IMG/VR virus record: IMGVR_UViG_3300030107_001856
Location: 1-55,298 of that record
Origin: a virus
Lineage: Duplodnaviria; Caudoviricetes
Length of the DNA: 55,298 nt
Reading direction: 5' to 3' (one strand)
The notes below the pieces were generated by a model that was not told where the DNA came from, ran no database searches, and saw only the letters and a program-made list of their open reading frames with translations. Position numbers and translations under genes: made by a program. Each line of letters begins with the position of its first letter. Position 1 is the stretch's first letter. Positions 1-7,548 of this stretch are shown one piece after another.

Positions 1-93
1 CTGTGGGATGAAGAAACGCAGGGCATATTTGCTGCTATCATCTCATTCTGGTTTGGAAGTCGGGCCTTGCAAAGATCAAGGAGTAGTTCGTAA
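1..93 (+). CDS. Partial (3' end) copy of holin-like gene
   Basis: Translates LWDEETQGIFAAIISFWFGSRALQRSRSSS*, identical to the C-terminus of 54437..54898. Confidence 0.85.
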   Translation: MWDEETQGIFAAIISFWFGSRALQRSRSSS

Positions 94-371
94 TGACTGT
101 AAAGAAGGGCAAAGAAACATTCTCTGGTTACAATAAACCAAAGAGGACACCTGACCATCCTACTAAATCTCATGCCGTACTAGCTAGGGAGGGTGGTAAG
201 GAGAAGCTCATACGCTTTGGACAACAGGGCGTAAAGACTGCTGGTAAACCTAAGAAGGGTGAGTCAGCTAGACAAAAGGCGCGAAGGAAATCATTTAAGG
301 CTAGACATGGTAAGAATATTGCCAAGGGTAAAATGTCAGCTGCATATTGGGCGAACAAAGTAAAATGGTAG
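93..371 (+). CDS. Small basic conserved phage protein
   Basis: K/R-rich 92 aa, IRFGQQG and SAAYWANKVKW motifs; the 8 differences from the second copy are all synonymous, supporting coding status. Confidence 0.85.
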   Translation: MTVKKGKETFSGYNKPKRTPDHPTKSHAVLAREGGKEKLIRFGQQGVKTAGKPKKGESARQKARRKSFKARHGKNIAKGKMSAAYWANKVKW

Positions 372-3300
372 AGCGAACAACAAATCAACAAATGGATGAG
401 TTAATATCTAAGATGTCAGCCGTAAGAGATACGGATGATCCGCTATCTGATGCAGCTACAAATCAACTAGGGGTTTTTAAAGGGGAGCCTAAAGAAGATC
501 TTAGAAAGATAACTAAAGAAACAGATATGTTATTAGACGTAGCAGGTAAAGATGGTTTTATCCACGAACCTGATCAAAAACTAGATTACAAAGATGCTAT
601 GGGTTTGTTATTTCCAATAACTCCTAACGATCCTATATTTGAAGACATTAAAACTATGTTTGAAAAGGAAGAGTACGGATCTGGAGTTCTTATGTCAACT
701 CTTACTGCCCTAGCTATGATACCAGGCTTTGGAACATTGCCAAAAGCAACAGCTAAAAAGATAGCTAGGGATACTGCCGAATCAATAAAACTAAGCGAGA
801 GAGTAGCACCTAGCGTAACAGATTTAGAAGTCATTGACCCTAGTAAACGTCATGGTACTATGAGGCCCCTACCTAATCTTGATTTTGATAGAAACACATT
901 AACAAAAAATAAGCGAAAACCTAAACCAGAAGACCGTAAATTAAATCCATACCCACAATTAGAAACACCATCAAAAACAGGAAGATTTACAGAACAAAAT
1001 ACATATGATCTGCCCATAAGCAACTCAGTCTATGATTACATTGATGGAAATGATAATTATTATTCTAAATTATTTGAGGATATAGACACACAGTTAGGTA
1101 AATCAGCAGATAAAGATGGAAACATAAAGTTAAAAGTATTTGAAAAATGGCTTGAAAAGAATGCCCCGTTAGGTCAGGCAAAATACACTGGCCTACAAAA
1201 TCTTGTAGACAATGCAAAGAAAGAAGGGGTAGAAAAACTTTCTATAGAGAACGATATAAAAACTAGATATATTAATAATGAAATTGTATTTCAGGAAAAA
1301 GTTAGACGTATTGATCCAAATGATAACGCATTTGATGAATATGGAAGACTACAAGATATTCCGCATAATGTAGATGATCCTAAATATTTGTCTTTTAGTG
1401 ATCACAACAATGCTCCTTATACTGGAAGGGGCGGTTCTAATTTTACCACAAATAATATAACAATAGATCCTACTATAAATGATGATTATAATATAGTAAG
1501 TCGCATGGAAAGGCAGAACCCTAATGCTAATTTTGGAGCAATAAACAGAAAAAATAAAGACTATGTTGAAAATGTTCTTTATCCTAATGTAGAACCGCTT
1601 ATAAAAATTAAAAATTACGAAGAGGTAACAGTTGGTGTACCTGCATTACCAAAAGAAACTAAAGTAACATCCTCTCCTATGCCTCGTACTAAAACGGATA
1701 TAGATGCAGAAGAACTATTTAAAGGTACAATTACGTCTAATTATTTGACTAGGCCTGACACATTAAAAACATTTCCAACTAGAAAAGACTATACGCATAG
1801 TCACTATCAAAATGATTTAACTAACTTATTTCATATTAGATATACAAAAAATGCAGATATAGGAGATGGTGTAGATGATACTTTTATCTGGCATGAAGGT
1901 CAATCAGACATAGCACAAAAAAGAAGTCATCCAAAAACAGGAGAACCTGTACCAGTGCAGGTAGATAAAGCAAATCCAAAAACAGGTATAGCAAGAAGTT
2001 TAGAAGGTAGATATAGAGAGGCAGAACTTGCCGATGAATTTTTACAAAAAAGAAGCAAGGCAATAGAAGAAAACAAGCGTAGAGAAGCTAGTATACAAAG
2101 GGGAGAACGAGTAACCCCTACTGTTGGAAAAAGGTTCTTGGATGATAATCCAGATTATTTTACACTTAGGCCTGGTGATAACAGAAAACCTGCATCTGCA
2201 CCAATAATAGACGGCACGATTGCACGTAAAAAAATTGCAAGGCTTCTAGGAAAAGAAACAGATGACATAGAAGCATTAAATGAAGATGAGTCTATTAGTA
2301 GAGTTATTGATAATATTGAAAAATCTGTTAATCCTGCTAAAAACGAAATGTCATTAATAAAGGACATAGATTATTTACACAAAGAACCAACAATAAATTT
2401 AGCACAACCAGCAAATGAAGCTATAAAAACAAAAATTATTCCAGAAATTCCTTTTATAAAAGGAGATGTAATTGATAAAAGTAAAATAGATAATCTTATG
2501 TTTCAAAGAGCTTTAAAACAAGCAATAGATTCAGGACATACTAAATTTGCTTGGCCTACAAGTGAGACTATTAGTAAATTTAGCGGTGGGCGTGATGCAC
2601 CTATAGGCGTTCTTAAAACATATGATGTTGATTTTATTAACATAGCTAAAAAAATATACAATGGTACAAAAAAATCAAACGATCCTTCTTTTGAAGAGTG
2701 GTGGCGTATGGAAGAAAGAGTACGACCTATATCTTTTGAAGGAACATTTAAAATAAAAGAGGATGTCAGTTTACCTGATTTACTAGAAATAGGTGAAAGT
2801 GTAGTAAATGGGTTAGCTATAAAAAAAGAAAATAGAAGTAAGGCTATACAAAGATTAGAAAATGCAATTCCTAAAGAAGTTGTTCCTGAGGCATTAGTAT
2901 CTATCGAAGAAAGAAAACAAGCTATAAATTTTGCAAAATTAGAACTTAACGCTATGCCTGACGGACAACCCATTTTAGATAGAATTTTTCAAATTGAAAA
3001 CTTTATAAAAGAAAACAATTTACCTTCAAATTTTGAAGACGATTTTCTTATAAACATTTTACCTGAAGATTATGAACAAATAATGTCTTACAAAAAATAT
3101 ATAATCAAAAGTATAAATGAGATATATAGAAAACCAGTAGGAGATACTGTAAAAGAATTTAAACCCCATCAACTCCCAGGAGTAAAAGGCAAGGATGGTA
3201 AGCCTGTAATTGTAAATAATTTAATGCCTCACCCAGAAACAAATTCTTCTGTTGGAGATTTAGGAAAAAATTCAAATATACAAAATTATTATGTAATGGA

Positions 3301-3424
3301 AATAACTCCTGAAATGAAAGCTATGTTTTCGCGTCCAATACCTTTTAACAGAGGTGGGATCGTACAAGACAAAATGGATACTCAGATGAATAGTTTGTTT
3401 GGACAGGAACAAATAGAACAATAA
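365..3424 (+). CDS. Large putative internal virion/injected protein (polyvalent-protein-like HxR...ExQSD domain)
   Basis: ~1019 aa from ATG 365, overlapping the upstream stop; motifs HSHY...FHIRY...HEGQSDIAQK and ALKQAIDSGHTKFAWPT; C-terminal FNRGG. Confidence 0.7.
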   Translation: MVERTTNQQMDELISKMSAVRDTDDPLSDAATNQLGVFKGEPKEDLRKITKETDMLLDVAGKDGFIHEPDQKLDYKDAMGLLFPITPNDPIFEDIKTMFEKEEYGSGVLMSTLTALAMIPGFGTLPKATAKKIARDTAESIKLSERVAPSVTDLEVIDPSKRHGTMRPLPNLDFDRNTLTKNKRKPKPEDRKLNPYPQLETPSKTGRFTEQNTYDLPISNSVYDYIDGNDNYYSKLFEDIDTQLGKSADKDGNIKLKVFEKWLEKNAPLGQAKYTGLQNLVDNAKKEGVEKLSIENDIKTRYINNEIVFQEKVRRIDPNDNAFDEYGRLQDIPHNVDDPKYLSFSDHNNAPYTGRGGSNFTTNNITIDPTINDDYNIVSRMERQNPNANFGAINRKNKDYVENVLYPNVEPLIKIKNYEEVTVGVPALPKETKVTSSPMPRTKTDIDAEELFKGTITSNYLTRPDTLKTFPTRKDYTHSHYQNDLTNLFHIRYTKNADIGDGVDDTFIWHEGQSDIAQKRSHPKTGEPVPVQVDKANPKTGIARSLEGRYREAELADEFLQKRSKAIEENKRREASIQRGERVTPTVGKRFLDDNPDYFTLRPGDNRKPASAPIIDGTIARKKIARLLGKETDDIEALNEDESISRVIDNIEKSVNPAKNEMSLIKDIDYLHKEPTINLAQPANEAIKTKIIPEIPFIKGDVIDKSKIDNLMFQRALKQAIDSGHTKFAWPTSETISKFSGGRDAPIGVLKTYDVDFINIAKKIYNGTKKSNDPSFEEWWRMEERVRPISFEGTFKIKEDVSLPDLLEIGESVVNGLAIKKENRSKAIQRLENAIPKEVVPEALVSIEERKQAINFAKLELNAMPDGQPILDRIFQIENFIKENNLPSNFEDDFLINILPEDYEQIMSYKKYIIKSINEIYRKPVGDTVKEFKPHQLPGVKGKDGKPVIVNNLMPHPETNSSVGDLGKNSNIQNYYVMEITPEMKAMFSRPIPFNRGGIVQDKMDTQMNSLFGQEQIEQ

Positions 3425-3473
3425 TATTACTATGGGTTACTACAGATATTATTATATGCAACGGGAGTACTAT

Positions 3474-3620
3474 ATGAAAAAGCCTATGTTTGATTCTACA
3501 GGATCATTGATAGAAGACGAGGGTGAAAAAATATTAGTAGAAGATAAGTGGATTAAAGTAAAACCAGTAGACAAAGATAAGTATTTAAAGAGCAAAGAGT
3601 TCTGGAGGAATAGACAATGA
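3474..3620 (+). CDS. Hypothetical protein
   Basis: GGGAG SD before ATG 3474; ATGA overlap with next ORF. Confidence 0.5.
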   Translation: MKKPMFDSTGSLIEDEGEKILVEDKWIKVKPVDKDKYLKSKEFWRNRQ

Positions 3621-3784
3621 TTAGCGGAAAAGTATTTTATGGGGGATCTAATGCCGTTGTTAATAAAGAGAATACAATAGTAGAAGAAGGTGATACTATG
3701 GTAGTAGATAATACTGACACTTTAACCATGACTTGTGAATGTGGAGAAAATTTAAAGTGTGAGTGTGAACCTGAAGTAAGTTAG
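3617..3784 (+). CDS. Small acidic protein with CxC...CxC tail (not in ORF track)
   Basis: GGAGG SD; 55 aa MISGKVFYGG...TCECGENLKCECEPEVS. Confidence 0.55.
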   Translation: MISGKVFYGGSNAVVNKENTIVEEGDTMVVDNTDTLTMTCECGENLKCECEPEVS

Positions 3785-3839
3785 TGTGGTTGTCACGCAA
3801 ACGTATACTATCAGGATATTTTAAATGGAGAACTAGACT

Positions 3840-3956
3840 ATGCCTATGCACAAAAGTAAAGCAATGAAAAAGAAAAAGATGGCTAAAGGAATGGCTAAAG
3901 GTGGTATGAAGAAGGCCAAAGGTTACGCAAGGGGTGGGGCAGCTAAACGTAGATAA
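3840..3956 (+). CDS. Very small basic protein with MAKGG/YARGG motifs (not in ORF track)
   Basis: GGAG SD; 38 aa MPMHKSKAMKKKKMAKGMAKGGMKKAKGYARGGAAKRR; TAATG coupling to next gene. Confidence 0.7.
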   Translation: MPMHKSKAMKKKKMAKGMAKGGMKKAKGYARGGAAKRR

Positions 3957-4633
3957 TGTCCTATCTGATAAGTAATATCCCATACTTTAAATGTTGGGTG
4001 CGTAAGGAATTTACCAGTAATCATCAAGCATATCACGGTGAGTTCCTTCACGCTTTAGCCTTCGCAGTAAACACCATACCTGATAGGTCACTAAGTTTTC
4101 AGGTAGTATTTACAGGGTGTGAAATAGACAGGGAAGATGGCCCTGACGAAAACATTCATGGCGGTGCAATGTGGGCTAGGATGCCGATACAGGCCCTAGT
4201 AGCCGATGTTCCCGTAGAGGAATGGCCCGAACCAATGGATGATCATCTATGTCAGCCTTGGGATTGTGAGTCTAGACATCACAGTGTAGTAGTGATGGAT
4301 AGGGTAAGCTCCTCCCCTTGGTTGTGTAAGATAGATGGTGAGTTTCACACTGGTAAATATATGTTTACTGTGGATTACACTGATCACGAAATAGCAGATG
4401 ATCCAGCGCAACACAAACAGTCCCATGTAATCCAACTACTGGATGCAGGGAGATGGACAGGGAATATAGTAGCACTGCCAAACAATAGGGTAAGAGCAAC
4501 TAGTCCTGCCTTGTGGCGAACAGGAGAGGGTGTGCCTGACTTTGCACCTTCGCAATGGACACACTCAGCAGAATCCCATGAGTCCTATCTAGATCCATCT
4601 GTGACTTTCAATAACCTATACTCAGATAACTAA
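3956..4633 (+). CDS. Conserved marine phage hypothetical protein
   Basis: 225 aa; WVRKEF..NH..YHGEF, QPWDC, Y.FTVD, HKQSH, ALPNNRVR motifs resembling a widespread marine-phage family. Confidence 0.75.
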   Translation: MSYLISNIPYFKCWVRKEFTSNHQAYHGEFLHALAFAVNTIPDRSLSFQVVFTGCEIDREDGPDENIHGGAMWARMPIQALVADVPVEEWPEPMDDHLCQPWDCESRHHSVVVMDRVSSSPWLCKIDGEFHTGKYMFTVDYTDHEIADDPAQHKQSHVIQLLDAGRWTGNIVALPNNRVRATSPALWRTGEGVPDFAPSQWTHSAESHESYLDPSVTFNNLYSDN

Positions 4634-4642
4634 GGATATACT

Positions 4643-5089
4643 ATGAGGCGTATGACTGATGAAGGTTTAGATTTAATTAAGTTATACGAGGGTTATAGTT
4701 CCTCCCCGTATCTTTGTCCTGCACAACATTGGACTATAGGATACGGGGCTATCTGGGGCATGGATGATACAAGAGTTAAAGAAGATCACCCTGATATAAA
4801 CGAAGATCAGGCAGACTATTTATTAAGAAGAGATGTCAAGAAGTCTGAGATGGCAGTTCTCAGGCATATACGAGTTCCACTAGAGGATGGACAGTTCAAC
4901 GCTCTATGTTCATTCGTATTTAATTTAGGCAGTGGTGCGCTACAAAGCAGCACACTAAGACGTAAGATAAACAGGGGAGACTATATTGGTGCAGCTAACG
5001 AATTTCCAAGGTGGGTATTTGCTGGAGGTAGAAAGTTAAAAGGATTGATAAGAAGGAGAGAACATGAACGCTTGATGTTTATTGGATGA
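4643..5089 (+). CDS. Endolysin, GH24 phage lysozyme
   Basis: E-x8-C-x5-T catalytic triad (YEGY..PYLCPAQHWTIGYG), QFNALCSFVFNLG, GLIRRR. Confidence 0.93.
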   Translation: MRRMTDEGLDLIKLYEGYSSSPYLCPAQHWTIGYGAIWGMDDTRVKEDHPDINEDQADYLLRRDVKKSEMAVLRHIRVPLEDGQFNALCSFVFNLGSGALQSSTLRRKINRGDYIGAANEFPRWVFAGGRKLKGLIRRREHERLMFIG

Positions 5090-5157
5090 ATTACGCAATA
5101 GCATATAAGCACTGGTATCCTCCCTAGTAAGGGAGATAGTATAATTAAGGAGAAGAC

Positions 5158-5346
5158 ATGGCTACTAAAAAGAAAAGTAAAAGTAAAGTAAACGAAGCAG
5201 GTAACTACACTAAACCCACGATGCGTAAGAACCTATTCAATAGAATAAAAGCTGGTGGTAAGGGAGGAAAGCCTGGGCAGTGGTCTGGAAGAAAAGCCCA
5301 AATGTTAGCAAAGCAATATAAAGCAAAAGGTGGAGGATACAAGTAA
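5158..5346 (+). CDS. Small basic protein (DUF5872-like N-terminal half)
   Basis: AAGGAG SD; YTKP..R...IKAGGKGGKPGQWSGRKAQ...YKAKGGGY motif. Confidence 0.75.
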   Translation: MATKKKSKSKVNEAGNYTKPTMRKNLFNRIKAGGKGGKPGQWSGRKAQMLAKQYKAKGGGYK

Positions 5347-5486
5347 TGCCCATGAAAAAGTACAGCCCAAAGCAAAAGAAGTTGGCAAGAGTTGCACCAC
5401 CTAGAAATAAAATAACTGGTGCAGATCTTAAAAGGTTAAGAGGTGGAAAAAAGAATGGCTCTAAAAAAATCACAAAGAAGTCTTAA
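5346..5486 (+). CDS. Small basic protein (not in ORF track)
   Basis: TAATG coupling; 46 aa MPMKKYSPKQKKLARVAPPRNKITGADLKRLRGGKK... Confidence 0.65.
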   Translation: MPMKKYSPKQKKLARVAPPRNKITGADLKRLRGGKKNGSKKITKKS

Positions 5487-5709
5487 AAACTGGACTAAAC
5501 AAAAGTGGCGCACAAAATCAGGTAAGCCATCTACTCAAGGCCCAAAGGCTACTGGGGAAAGATACCTACCGTCAGCTGCTATCAAGTCACTTAGTTCTGC
5601 TGAGTATGCAGCTACGTCTAAAGCAAAGCGTAAAGGAACAAAGGCTGGTAAACAACACGTAAAACAGCCTAAGAAGATAGCAAAGAAAACTAGAGGCTAT
5701 CGTAAATAA
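5455..5709 (+). CDS. Small basic protein (DUF5872-like C-terminal half)
   Basis: SLKNWTKQKWRTKSGKPS...GERYLP.AAIKSLS motif. Confidence 0.75.
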   Translation: MALKKSQRSLKNWTKQKWRTKSGKPSTQGPKATGERYLPSAAIKSLSSAEYAATSKAKRKGTKAGKQHVKQPKKIAKKTRGYRK

Positions 5710-5721
5710 TGAGGATGAGAC

Positions 5722-5877
5722 ATGGAAGATACGTGGTCAGTTTTAATTTCAGGATGGCCTATAGCGTTTGGGGTTATAAGTTTGATTATAGTACTGGCAA
5801 AGATGCACGGTGAGTTAGAGACACTGAAAGAAAAAGTTAAAGTCTTATTTGAATTGTGGAATAGTAAAGATAAATGA
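5722..5877 (+). CDS. Small single-TM membrane protein with coiled coil (lysis accessory/holin-like; not in ORF track)
   Basis: 51 aa MEDTWSVLISGWPIAFGVISLIIVLAKMHGELETLKEKVKVLFELWNSKDK; ATGA overlap with next gene. Confidence 0.65.
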   Translation: MEDTWSVLISGWPIAFGVISLIIVLAKMHGELETLKEKVKVLFELWNSKDK

Positions 5878-6227
5878 AAGAGCTTACAGATATAAACAGT
5901 ATGTCTATAGAACTTGTAGAGCTAATAACTCCTATGCTAGTTATTATGTTAGCCTTGATACTTACTCTCATGGTCAGAGACTTTGCTACTAACTTTATGA
6001 ACGGAATTAAGTTTAGAATGCACTCTAGTTTTAATGAGGGCGATACGTGTTTGTTAGATGGTGAGCGAGGTATCATAGTCAAGATAGGATTCTATGAGAC
6101 AATAATACAGATACATAATGGCAGAGGTACAGTTTGGCGGTACTTACCCAATGATCGTATAAAATTCTACAAATTAGAGAAAATTATTAAAGATATAGAA
6201 AAAACAACCTCACAGGATGAGGCGTAA
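5874..6227 (+). CDS. Truncated MscS-like mechanosensitive-channel protein (TM + beta domain)
   Basis: TM helix followed by RDFATNFMNGI...FNEGD...DGERGIIVKIGFYETII...YLPND, the MscS TM3/middle beta-domain pattern. Confidence 0.65.
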   Translation: MKELTDINSMSIELVELITPMLVIMLALILTLMVRDFATNFMNGIKFRMHSSFNEGDTCLLDGERGIIVKIGFYETIIQIHNGRGTVWRYLPNDRIKFYKLEKIIKDIEKTTSQDEA

Positions 6228-6305
6228 GGGGCTGCAAAGATAGTCTCTGGTAGGTAGTGTCCAGATTATAGTCACTTCTTTTGTAGCCCCCCTTAAAATG
6301 CCTCA
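6218..6305. terminator. Long imperfect hairpin at the convergence of the two genome arms (bidirectional terminator/processing site)
   Basis: TGAGGCGT-AAGGGGCTGCAAAG pairs with TTTTGTAGCCCCCCTT-AAA-ATGCCTCA; inner TCTGG/CCAGA stem. Confidence 0.6.
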
Positions 6306-6427
6306 CGTTTGATTTGCCTATTTTTACAGTAAAATTTCTACTACAAATGCTGATAATAGCATCAATACTGTTATACCTAGTCCAATTATTAATTTAAATA
6401 TAGGATCGTTAGGATCAGGCATAGTAT

Positions 6428-6748
6428 TTACCAGCTTTTAGCACCTTCTTTTTTTATTTGCTCACCTGTAAAGCCTGAGTCAACCCAACATAGTAATTGT
6501 GATGCCTCTGGTCTTACGATAGCAGCAGTCCAAGTTCCAGATGTATCATTAAGAAATATAAATGTTACGTGTCCTCTAGCTGATATTCCACGAAATACTA
6601 TTTGTTCTCCGTGTTTTTCTTGAATAGTAATTTTAGCCTCTGCCAAATCTTTACACCCTGTTCGCATGGGTACTTGACTATACGATGTTGAAACATTGAA
6701 TGCAATAATACATAGAGCAACTAAACCTCCGATGAATGTTTTAGTCAT
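6428..6748 (-). CDS. Secreted/periplasmic hypothetical protein
   Basis: N-terminal signal-like hydrophobic segment; C...KHGE...G.S..G...SGTWT...C motif resembling small alphaproteobacterial exported proteins. Confidence 0.7.
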   Translation of the reverse strand: MTKTFIGGLVALCIIAFNVSTSYSQVPMRTGCKDLAEAKITIQEKHGEQIVFRGISARGHVTFIFLNDTSGTWTAAIVRPEASQLLCWVDSGFTGEQIKKEGAKSW

Positions 6749-7179
6749 ATTAAGAATATCCTTTTTAAATGATTTATAAGATAGTCCTTGGCTCTATTTA
6801 ATACTTCTAAATCATCATCAAAACCACCCAAGGCACGATTGCATTTGTGGCACAACCATCCCCTAAATGTTTCTGTATCGTGACAATGATCTAAAACCCA
6901 AGGCCCATTTCTTGTGTTACCTTTGCCTTTTACTTTTTCTGCATCCCCACAACAGATGGGGCAAATGTATCCCTCTTTTGGCATACCATGTTCTTCTCGC
7001 AACCTCTCTCTTACTTTCTGTAATTCATTGTTACAAGCCTTGCATTCAGGTCGTAGAAAGTTAGCACCTGAACTTGGTGAAAATGCAGAGAGGGGTAGAT
7101 ATATATTGCACTTGCAACACACCTTACCCTCACCTGCACCTAGATCCTCATGTTCTATGGGAAATAAATTTAATTGCAT
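6745..7179 (-). CDS. Endonuclease VII-family nuclease
   Basis: CPIC...LDHCHDTETFRGWLCHKCNRALG Endo VII signature; extra N-terminal CxxC...CxxC zinc finger. Confidence 0.88.
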   Translation of the reverse strand: MQLNLFPIEHEDLGAGEGKVCCKCNIYLPLSAFSPSSGANFLRPECKACNNELQKVRERLREEHGMPKEGYICPICCGDAEKVKGKGNTRNGPWVLDHCHDTETFRGWLCHKCNRALGGFDDDLEVLNRAKDYLINHLKRIFLI

Positions 7180-7184
7180 AGCTA

Positions 7185-7349
7185 TTAATCTTCCTCATTT
7201 TGTGAGCCTGTCCTTGCCTCAACATAAGAACCACACTTTGGACAACTAAGATTAGCTATTATGCCATCGCCTTCTAATCCATAGTCTTCAAAGTCGTGAT
7301 CTCCTCCCCATATTAATTGCTGATCAGGGCCACAAAACCAACAGTTCAT
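7185..7349 (-). CDS. Small zinc-ribbon protein (not in ORF track)
   Basis: 54 aa MNCWFCGPDQQLIWGGDHDFEDYGLEGDGIIANLSCPKCGSYVE...; fills the gap between neighbours exactly. Confidence 0.8.
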   Translation of the reverse strand: MNCWFCGPDQQLIWGGDHDFEDYGLEGDGIIANLSCPKCGSYVEARTGSQNEED

Positions 7350-7350
7350 A

Positions 7351-7548
7351 TTATGCAACCTTATTTATTCTGTTTAAATTAATAAAGTATTGCCTGTTAT
7401 AACCTCGTTCCCACTCTTTGTGTTCAAGAGATTTTAACCTGTATGGGTTATAACTATTTACTCTAAAGCCCTCTCTTCCTTCAAAGAATGCTTTTTCATT
7501 AAGGTGCTTACGTCTTTTCTTGTGTGTAGACCTGTGTCTGTTAAACAC
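7351..7548 (-). CDS. Ribosome modulation factor (RMF)-like small protein
   Basis: GAGGAG SD before GTG; AFFEGREGF....NPY......KEWERGY matches the RMF A..RGY.AG...CPY......W..GW pattern. Confidence 0.55.
   Translation of the reverse strand: MFNRHRSTHKKRRKHLNEKAFFEGREGFRVNSYNPYRLKSLEHKEWERGYNRQYFINLNRINKVA

Larger units (their letters stand above)
1..508 (+). repeat. Left copy of imperfect terminal direct repeat (assembly overlap)
   Basis: Aligns to 54806-55298 with 10 synonymous SNPs, one R/Q change and an in-frame block replacement (net 15 nt). Confidence 0.95.

Noticed and set aside
1-508. Biological direct terminal repeat of the virion DNA
   Set aside because: Copies are not identical and begin and end mid-gene in the late operon; an assembly overlap fits better, with real ends more likely near 21.2-21.7 kb
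3956-4633. Methanesulfonate monooxygenase or other auxiliary metabolic gene (reported for HMO-2011)
   Set aside because: No Rieske CxH...CxxH motif or other recognisable oxygenase signature visible; left as conserved hypothetical
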